32,000 bases of DNA from Candidatus Caldarchaeum subterraneum (GTDB taxonomy: Archaea; Thermoproteota; Nitrososphaeria_A; Caldarchaeales; Caldarchaeaceae), in NCBI GenBank assembly GCA_000270325.1, contig BA000048.1, positions 4,233 through 36,232 on the forward strand, written 5' to 3'. Shown piece after piece: positions 25,364 through 32,000 of this stretch (positions are counted from its first letter, which is position 1; every line of letters starts with the position of its first letter). The translations under genes and the position numbers were made by a program. A model generated the notes under the pieces. It saw nothing but the letters and a program-made list of their open reading frames with translations, ran no database searches and was not told the origin of the DNA.

Positions 25364-26104
25364 CTACTTTTTGGTGACGAGGATTAGCCATGAATCGTAG
25401 ATATTGCGGATTAGTGGTCTTAGTTTTTTGATACAGTTTGCCAATTCTTCAAGTGTTTCTTCATCTCCCTCGCTGTATTCTGTGAATGCGCCAACCATCC
25501 AGCTAGGGAGCGAAGTATCCCTATCATCCTTATTCCATCTGTCAAGCTTATCTATATACCCCCTAATGTGGAGGAAATCATTAGACACCATATACCACAG
25601 CTTTTTCAAGTCTTCAGCTAGTTTTACACTCATCTTCGCTTCGTCGACAAGCTTCTCCTTCACAAACCTGCTAAAACTTATGCTACCTTTCCGTAGTTCT
25701 TCGTCTAGATGCCGCAACCTTTCTAACCCATCCCTGTGCCCCTCATAGTTTACTGAATCGATGTAGTAGGAGTAGGAGATTGATTCTATGATTATGCGTA
25801 GGGGGTGAAAACATAGAGGTAAAGCTCCTACCATGAAAGCGCCGAAGAGATGGTCTACAGATGGTCTGACAACACATACCATAACGACCGGAAAAGAATA
25901 ACCAAGCAACCTCTTAATATTATCTTCAGTTTTAAACCGCCTAGGTAAATCGATGTTCACTAAATCAGTTACATCGCTTAATAATGCCTGTATCTCTGTA
26001 CACGCCCAATAAGCAGGCTGAAAATCCCGTATAGAACCGATAATGCCCGGTAGATATTCACGATACACATAATCAAACAACCCAGTATCACATTCTTTAA
26101 CCAC
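25364..26104 (-). CDS. hypothetical alpha-helical protein
   Basis: 246-aa ORF in AT-rich accessory DNA. No confidently recognised domain. Confidence 0.55.
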   Translation of the reverse strand: MVKECDTGLFDYVYREYLPGIIGSIRDFQPAYWACTEIQALLSDVTDLVNIDLPRRFKTEDNIKRLLGYSFPVVMVCVVRPSVDHLFGAFMVGALPLCFHPLRIIIESISYSYYIDSVNYEGHRDGLERLRHLDEELRKGSISFSRFVKEKLVDEAKMSVKLAEDLKKLWYMVSNDFLHIRGYIDKLDRWNKDDRDTSLPSWMVGAFTEYSEGDEETLEELANCIKKLRPLIRNIYDSWLILVTKK

Positions 26105-26233
26105 AAACTTATTTATACTTCATAAGCATTTATAATTTCTTTGCTAGACGGGTTGTAGCTTAATTCATAGACACTCGGCGCAAAATTAACCCAAAAGAGC
26201 ACAGAGTAAGGTCTCGCACTTCCCTCTCTCTTC

Positions 26234-26329
26234 ATGCTCTCCTTTCAGCTCGTGGAAACGATAACTGCTCTCTTCAGGTTTCACAATTACCCTCACTCTA
26301 AAGAAGTCTTAAGCTATAAGGCTCCTTAA
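26234..26329 (+). pseudogene. remnant of an IS6-like transposase N-terminus
   Basis: A short ORF, 'MLSFQLVETITALFRFHNYPHSKEV...', parallels 'MHVFDYLVERVSSLFSFHNYSPLEKA...' of the transposase at 26750. The nucleotide alignment by eye is roughly two-thirds identical. Confidence 0.5.
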
Positions 26330-26346
26330 GAAGAATAGTGAAGTGA

Positions 26347-26682
26347 TTGAGCGTTGTTAAGCTTACCTTTCGTCCTTGGTATGTTAGGCTGGCACCGTTT
26401 TATGTCTGGGCCGCAGCCTCTCTAGCCTTCGCATTCTTCCTATACATGCTTCTTCCTCTACCCTTGGTGTTGTTGTTCAGCCCTCTCTTGATGTTGTGCA
26501 GCGCGGTGATAGATAGGTGTCTGGCACATCACCTACGAGAGCGGTTCAATGTAATGCTCTGAACTTGTCCCAAACCTTTTCGCGATGTACTGTCACTCGA
26601 TGTAGAAAAGGGGGACGGAAAGATGCTTAACAGGACATATCAACTCGAGGAGAAGATATATTAAACCCTTTTCAGATCCAGT
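26347..26682 (-). pseudogene. decayed transposase-like fragment (repeat copy X), interrupted by the IS6-like element
   Basis: 26548-26682 aligns by eye (about 70-75% identity) with 29494-29640. The minus-strand fragment 'YIAKRFGTSSEH' parallels 'YIEKRFRNRFRA' in copy Y. The listed plus-strand ORF 26347..26562 is antisense to this fragment. Confidence 0.4.
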
Positions 26683-27400
26683 GGTACTGTCAACTTTTAC
26701 TTAAGCTTTTCTGGGTTAGGTCTATGGCCTTGTTTGTCCTTCTTCTTTTATGCATGTCTTCGATTATCTAGTGGAGAGGGTGTCTTCCCTGTTCAGTTTT
26801 CATAATTATTCTCCTCTTGAGAAGGCTTATGCTGTTGTTCTCTATCTAGCAGGTCTCAGCTTGAGGGATATCTCTGAGAGGTATTCCCTAGTCAATGCAT
26901 CTAGGGAGAGCGTCAGGGATTGGGTGCATCATCCCTCTTCAATCCGTCTAAGAGGTTCAGGAGAATTATAGCGGTGGATGAGACGGTGATAACGATCAAC
27001 GGGTATAGGAGTTACATATGGTCAGCTATAGACGTAGATTCGGTCGAGATTTTGGCTATTTACGCCTCTAGAGGTAGGTCGATCCTGAATGCCCTGAGTT
27101 TCCTGAAGACAGTCCTCAAGACCTGCGAGAATAAGCCATTGATAGTAGTTGATAGAGGACGGTGGTATCCATGGGCTTTAAAGAGACTTGGATTGGAATA
27201 CGTACATGAGACCTTCGGTAACAGGAATAGGATAGAGAGGTGGTTCAGGGAACTTAAGGACAGGACTAAGAGGTTCTACAACAACGTGAACTCTAAGGCG
27301 TTGAAGAGCATAGAGGAGTTAGTAAGGGCAATAGCTCTGATACACAACTTAATCCTGAATGCATTTGGAGAAGGAGGTGTAATACCTGGTTGACGGTGCC
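26683..27400 (+). mobile_element. IS6-family-like insertion sequence (~718 bp) with 12-bp terminal inverted repeats and a flanking TCCAGT duplication
   Basis: IRL GGTACTGTCAAC (26683-26694) against IRR GTTGACGGTGCC (27389-27400), 10 of 12 complementary. TCCAGT is immediately outside both ends (26677-26682 and 27401-27406). The transposase stop lies inside the IRR. Size and GG termini fit IS6-type elements. Confidence 0.7.
26750..27393 (+). pseudogene. IS6-like DDE transposase split by a -1 frameshift near 26920-26935
   Basis: ORF 26750..26971 is the HTH-like N-terminus. ORF 26920..27393 carries 'IIAVDETVI...YIWSAIDVDS...VVDRGRWYPWA...NRIERWFRELKDRTKRF', a DDE_Tnp_IS240-like pattern. No slippery heptamer is visible at the overlap. 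Confidence 0.7.
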
Positions 27401-27619
27401 TCCAGTTGAGTGTACCAGAAAGACTAAGTGGTTTAGCTCGCCCTGCTACTCACCGAGCATAGGAGGAAAGGGGCGTTCTATATAAGAGCATTAAAGACGA
27501 GTTCTTATGAGCATCTTATTCGCCTAGACGGTAGCCATTAACTCCTCATCCTTTAACAGTTAGTTCTTACAACGCAGAACAATAGAAACTTAGATACAGC
27601 TAAGACTTTTAAGCTCCTA

Positions 27620-28510
27620 ATGTGGTCTACAGATATGTCAAAGGTAGTTAGCTTTATTAACTACAAGGGCGGTGTAGGTAAAACTACTTTGGCTGTGGAG
27701 ATAGCTGCTGCTTTGGCCTACCATCGTGGAAAGAAAGTCCTTCTTGTAGACGCTGACCCACAGACTAACGCAACCTTTTACCTAATAAGTGAAGAGGACT
27801 GGGATGTTTGGCAAAAAAATAAAGGAACTTTGAAAAATATATTCGACAATTATCTGGAAGGCAGGGATACGGACATTAATGAATTGATTATCAAAGATTT
27901 GGAAGTAAGCAGCCGAACACCTAATCTTCATCTTTTACCTTCTCACATAGAGTTAATTCATATCGACCTTAAACTCGCTGGCATATCTGGTTCAAGAGGA
28001 ATTAGAGCTAAAGGCCTGCTTAAAAAAGCTCTTGAAAAAGTCAAGCAAAATTACGATTACGTTATCATAGATTGTCCACCTAATTTAAATCTGGTCACGC
28101 AAAACAGTATTGTTGCAAGTGATAGCTTTATAATTGTTCTTAAACCGGAGTTCCTCTCCACTATAGGTATTGCACTCATTCTTCGCGTTATTAACGATAT
28201 AGTTCGGGAAATCAATGATGAATTCCAGTCCTTTGGATTTAGGGAAGAATTTACTGGTCCTGAATTCTCGGGAATGATATTCAATTTCGTTAAATACTTA
28301 TCCGGTGGAACAAGATCTCAGGAGGTTGTTATCAACGAAGTAAAAAGACAATATCCGGGCAAAGTCTTCAAAAGCTTTCTTTCAGAAAGTGTAAAATTGG
28401 CTGAACGCCCCGTGGAAAAAATTCCTATTTCTATTTCAGGCTTAGCTAGCGACAGGAATTATGAGAATCAGTTGAAGAGTATTGTAGAGGAGTTTTTACA
28501 ACGGGTGTAA
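27620..28510 (+). CDS. parA: ParA/Soj/MinD-family deviant Walker-A ATPase
   Basis: 'INYKGGVGKTTLAVEIA' (the KGGxGKT deviant Walker A), 'LLVDADPQTNAT', 'DYVIIDCPPNL'. The probable true start is the ATG at 27635, about 25 nt downstream of TTTTAAG (27607-27613), consistent with a leaderless mRNA. Confidence 0.9.
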   Translation: MWSTDMSKVVSFINYKGGVGKTTLAVEIAAALAYHRGKKVLLVDADPQTNATFYLISEEDWDVWQKNKGTLKNIFDNYLEGRDTDINELIIKDLEVSSRTPNLHLLPSHIELIHIDLKLAGISGSRGIRAKGLLKKALEKVKQNYDYVIIDCPPNLNLVTQNSIVASDSFIIVLKPEFLSTIGIALILRVINDIVREINDEFQSFGFREEFTGPEFSGMIFNFVKYLSGGTRSQEVVINEVKRQYPGKVFKSFLSESVKLAERPVEKIPISISGLASDRNYENQLKSIVEEFLQRV

Positions 28511-28512
28511 TC

Positions 28513-28920
28513 ATGAAAAAGCTTGTCAAACCTAAAACTCTCCACGAGCTTGCGAAAATTCTAATCCAAATTGGCGAACTTATGCAGAGTCTCCCTGATT
28601 TTAATTTAGTTGATATAGAACAACCCTCCAAGATAAATGAACAAAGGGAAAAAGAAGTTTCGAAAAATTTTTTGGCACAACCTGTTGTAGGAACAGACGA
28701 TGATATATCAGCGTTTGTATCAAGGATGAGACAAATCAAAAGAGAAGAAGCTGAGAAAATGCTATCAGCACTCACATACAAAAAGTTGAAGCTGGTTGTT
28801 AAAACGCTAGGTTTACCCGTTGGCGAAAGAAAGAATAAAGATGTGCTTATAAGAAAAATATTGTGGCATCTTTTTGATTTTGAGAAGGGACATAAGTTAT
28901 TGCGAAATGGCGAAAGCTAA
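28513..28920 (+). CDS. small ParA-associated protein with a C-terminal HeH/SAP (Rho-N-like) motif
   Basis: Starts 2 nt after the parA stop. The C-terminus 'LSALTYKKLKLVVKTLGLPVGERKNKDVLIRKILWHL' resembles the helix-extension-helix SAP/Rho_N DNA-binding motif. The centre is acidic. Confidence 0.55.
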   Translation: MKKLVKPKTLHELAKILIQIGELMQSLPDFNLVDIEQPSKINEQREKEVSKNFLAQPVVGTDDDISAFVSRMRQIKREEAEKMLSALTYKKLKLVVKTLGLPVGERKNKDVLIRKILWHLFDFEKGHKLLRNGES

Positions 28921-29219
28921 GATGTGCATTAAGAATCAAAACAACGCTGAAAGCGGGCCATAGATAATAAATCTAAGAAACAACAACATACTCCTTAACT
29001 TCAGCCAAATAGTATTAACGTGTGTTCACGGTATCTGAACGAGTAGATGGCGTCTGCATAAGGACGGTATTTAAAGGCTTGACGACCTTTTACTTCACTA
29101 TGATACCTTCTCCACCTAAGCTTAGATATTTAAGGCGTTATCCAGACACACTACCGTGGTGCGTTGTGGCTTAATTTTCTTGTCTCTATACTCTCTTCTC
29201 CTGCCGGTGTTCCTGTTTT

Positions 29220-29660
29220 CTACTCTGCGTTTAGGAGGAGGTTGTATATGAGTGCTTTCTGTATTATTCCGGCACTTATCCATCTGGGTATCTTATAGAA
29301 TGTTTCTTCTCTAAATACCCTTCTAGAGATCGGTGTGGCGGTCTCACCCGTCCTATCAGGCGATTTCATCATAGGTCGTTTCCTGCAATTCTTGGATGAC
29401 CTCATCAATAACGCGATATTTTTCGTCGAATTTGTGTTGAGAGTGGTTGAGCTATCCCCTATCCAGAGACTATCCTTCTTTCTGATTTTTTGAAGTATGG
29501 CTCTGAACCTGTTCCTAAACCTTTTCTCGATGTACGATCGCGCAATGAGGAACAGAATTGTGCGGTAGATGCTTAGCCGGACAGCATCATATACTAAGGG
29601 GTAAGGAATATAAGCTAGTTGTAATGTTTTTTGATTGAGGTGGAATGAATTGTATGTCTA
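29220..29660 (-). pseudogene. transposase-like pseudogene (repeat copy Y), possibly an internally deleted IS4/IS5-type element
   Basis: The stop-to-stop minus-strand frame extends far upstream of the listed 62-aa ORF without a Met: '...YDAVRLSIYRTILFLIARSYIEKRFRNRFRAILQKIRKKDSLWIGDSSTTLNTN...RRVFREETFYKIPRWISAGIIQKALIYNLLLN'. 'IGDSSTT' and the C-terminal pattern recall DDE_Tnp_1 proteins, but this is a weak call from memory. Confidence 0.35.
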
Positions 29661-29718
29661 TTCAAATACACACCTCACTAATAACAACAATACGTTATCC
29701 ATCATTCCCTAGGTAGTG

Positions 29719-30456
29719 TTAAAACTTCCTAGGGGAGGTGGATAACTTTGACATGCGATGACCACCTCCTTGAAGAGGAGGTGGCGGAGGCCTGGAAGCT
29801 GCTTCTCCAGGCCGTCCGTCGCCTCTCTTCAAGTTTTCGCAACTTAATCGCCTGTGTAAAATATCTAATACCCTCTGCACGAGTTCTAGACCAGTAATTT
29901 TGGAATATCTTATTACTTCTTCTCTCTCTGAAAGCTGGTGGAAACTGAACATATTACTGAGGAGGAATATAGAGGATGCGAAGTCACCTGATTTTACGCC
30001 TAGATATGCTAACTCTTGGAAATCTACATTTCTACCCTGATGAATAATACGAGATAAGTGTTTATACGCCCCCTGATATTGATAACGTTCGTACTCTATT
30101 CCGCTACTAATTTCTCTAAAAGATGACTCATGTCTGTATCGGATGGACGACCAGAGCCTTTTATAAGTGATGTCCATTATAAAGCGTAATGTAGCTGCTG
30201 CTTCTAGGGTCAGCCCAGCTAGGCCTAAGAGGATGGCATAAGCGTATCTATCTGTAATCGTTTGCCATTTTATTCTGTACTTGTTAGCCCTGCTCCCCCA
30301 CGCTATATGGCTTAAGGGCAATAACACATACCGATATATTAGGACTAATCTGTTTGCATTCTCAAGATGTTTATCAAGTCCCTCTATAGCTTTTGAACGT
30401 AACAAGTCGAAAGAAGAGTTTATGGCATTAAGAGCATGCTTATGTTTTGTCTCCAT
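29719..30456 (-). CDS. hypothetical alpha-helical protein
   Basis: 245-aa ORF. The last ~35 aa ('GDGRPGEAASRPPPPPLQGGG...') look like read-through into non-coding sequence, so the true C-terminus is uncertain. Confidence 0.5.
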   Translation of the reverse strand: METKHKHALNAINSSFDLLRSKAIEGLDKHLENANRLVLIYRYVLLPLSHIAWGSRANKYRIKWQTITDRYAYAILLGLAGLTLEAAATLRFIMDITYKRLWSSIRYRHESSFREISSGIEYERYQYQGAYKHLSRIIHQGRNVDFQELAYLGVKSGDFASSIFLLSNMFSFHQLSEREEVIRYSKITGLELVQRVLDILHRRLSCENLKRGDGRPGEAASRPPPPPLQGGGHRMSKLSTSPRKF

Positions 30457-31012
30457 CTCAGTCTCATATAATTAACAAATCCTCCCTAAATTATTTTAAT
30501 TCTCTTAAAATTGTAGGTGAAGGATAAGGTTGCCTTATTGCTTATCTCTTCTGTTTCGTTCGGCTTTGATGTGTTGGTCTTACTCTGCATGAGTGCTTCT
30601 CGGGTTCCAATAGTGATTGGTGGTTGTAAAGAGTAAGGCTTATCTCGGGAACATACGATTGAGGGGCGGCTCTAAGCTTGGCAGGCTCTGTTAGACACTT
30701 AGTCCATCATATCACAAGCCTATCTTCAGCAATAACCCTAGATGGGTCACCAACATCCTCAAACCCATGTCCCCCAGCCTCCTTTGGATATACATAGTTA
30801 GATGACTCCGAACCTACTACAGAGATATTCTTGCTACACAGTAATGAGTAGACCCCCTCACCTACATATCCCACTACAACGCACTGCCGAATCAGGCAAC
30901 CAACGTAGTATCACAACAGCTCTTATGAACATCCAAACCGCAGACTACCCCTCATCACGTCAACGCCAACATTTTTATGCAAATTTTTAAAACATGTTGT
31001 GACGGGTAAAAT

Positions 31013-32000
31013 ATGATGAGGGTTGGCATCCTTATCCTCGTTATCTCGTTGCTGGTTGTCGGTGTTTTAGCAACAACCACATTTCTTCACCCATCCACAC
31101 ACCAGATAACATCGGTGAAGCCTGGGGAGACAGATACCCATACTACTGTACAGACTGCGATGTCGCCGAGCATGACAAGGTTGAATCTAATCGCGAAGCT
31201 GGAGGGGGACGCTATACCTCTCTGGTTTGATAGAGGTGTTCTATACCTCGCCCATGGATTAATCAGTGTAGTCACGGGTCAGGATGGTGGTGGGGTGGAT
31301 TTGGTGAAGCTGGATGTTGGGAGCGACTCCATGGTCAAGGTCACGACTCTCAGAGACGATTGGCGTGGCCAGGTTTACTTGCATCTCGCCGTGGGTCAGC
31401 CGATTTTCGACAGTGACAAGGCATACTTCCTGATGGAGAACATGCAGTTGGCCAAGATAGTCGATTTAAACAGTGGCGAGATGTGGACAGTCGATAGAAG
31501 AGGTACCTATCTTTACTTCGTGGGCGCAGGTGCTGGTGTTCTCTATGCCCTAGATGCCGCATCTGGCGACATATCGCTGGTGGCTATCGACAATATGGGG
31601 AATGAGCTTTGGAGGTCTCCTAGAGAGCCTCTCGTCCTGAAAGACCCTTACCAATACATCATCTTCAGAGCCGGTGAGGTTCCACGGTTTCTGCTGGTTG
31701 AGGCGAATGGGTTTGTTGAGAGGTCTGGGGGATGGTTCGCTACCCCAACCCTACTCACCATAACTATTAGCCCAGATGGCAAGGCCAAGGTTGAGAGGAG
31801 GCATATCTCAGGAGAAATCGGCCCTATGCCCGCCATCTCCTCTGGTGGATGGGCCGCGGCCGCTCGAGACGGTTATTACGTTCTAGTTGTCTTTGGGCAG
31901 CGGCTCTTCCTCTGTAGGCTGGGTGTAGAGATGTCAATCATGTGGTGCAATGACTTTGGCGAGTATAGGATAGATCTCTCTAACGGTGGTATTCTTCTCC
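31013..32000 (+). CDS. secreted/membrane-anchored protein, 3'-truncated by the window edge (not in the supplied ORF track)
   Basis: My own translation from ATG 31013 stays open to the window end: 'MMRVGILILVISLLVVGVLATTTF...' (signal/anchor) followed by a beta-rich sequence (LYALDAASGDISLVAIDNMGNELW...). Composition returns to the core-genome style. Confidence 0.6.
   Translation, partial: MMRVGILILVISLLVVGVLATTTFLHPSTHQITSVKPGETDTHTTVQTAMSPSMTRLNLIAKLEGDAIPLWFDRGVLYLAHGLISVVTGQDGGGVDLVKLDVGSDSMVKVTTLRDDWRGQVYLHLAVGQPIFDSDKAYFLMENMQLAKIVDLNSGEMWTVDRRGTYLYFVGAGAGVLYALDAASGDISLVAIDNMGNELWRSPREPLVLKDPYQYIIFRAGEVPRFLLVEANGFVERSGGWFATPTLLTITISPDGKAKVERRHISGEIGPMPAISSGGWAAAARDGYYVLVVFGQRLFLCRLGVEMSIMWCNDFGEYRIDLSNGGILL

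Noticed and set aside
26347-26562. A 71-aa hydrophobic ORF that could be annotated as a small membrane protein.
   Set aside because: Its 3' end and body are antisense to a transposase-like remnant that is repeated at 29494-29660. The hydrophobicity is plausibly an antisense artefact.
26677-27406. An 8-bp target-site duplication, as expected for IS6-family elements.
   Set aside because: Only 6 bp (TCCAGT) are identical on both flanks. I report the 6-bp duplication as observed and do not claim the canonical 8 bp.

Overview
This is an archaeal chromosomal window. The evidence is a tRNA with a non-canonical intron and no encoded CCA, an AglH-type glycosyltransferase, DUF354, an MptD-like gene, and TTTTAAG TATA-like boxes. 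It splits into two parts.

(1) About 1-13.4 kb looks like core genome. It holds a metallo-beta-lactamase-fold hydrolase, a grpE-dnaK-dnaJ operon on the minus strand, tRNA-Arg(CCU) with a roughly 30-nt intron inside the T-arm, a surface glycosylation-type cluster (secreted membrane-anchored protein, DUF354, GT4/AglH-like transferase, Gfo/Idh/MocA oxidoreductase), tRNA-Pro(UGG) and a KaiC/RecA-like protein.

(2) About 13.4-31 kb looks like an accessory or mobile island with very uneven composition, judged by eye and not computed. It contains:
- an IS110-like (DEDD plus helix-hairpin-helix) ORF with a strong Shine-Dalgarno (SD) sequence
- a strikingly GC-rich block of about 1.4 kb (about 14988-16375) with no convincing coding potential
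- a two-gene module made of a large gamma-class N6-adenine DNA methyltransferase and a PLD-nuclease/SNF2-helicase fusion, with overlapping reading frames
- a Thr-rich Excalibur-domain membrane protein and a TM-wHTH protein
- one nearly intact but frameshifted IS6-like element, several decayed IS fragments, and a ParA ATPase with a small HeH/SAP-like partner

The most unusual signal is inside the GC-rich block. Eight tandem hairpins (15457-15780) each present the same 11-nt loop on stems of different sequence. Every non-Watson-Crick stem position is an A/C mismatch on the plus strand, which becomes a G-U pair on the minus strand. That points to a structured minus-strand RNA rather than the overlapping ORFs. 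All functional calls come from motif recognition by eye and from memory; no searches or computations were run.
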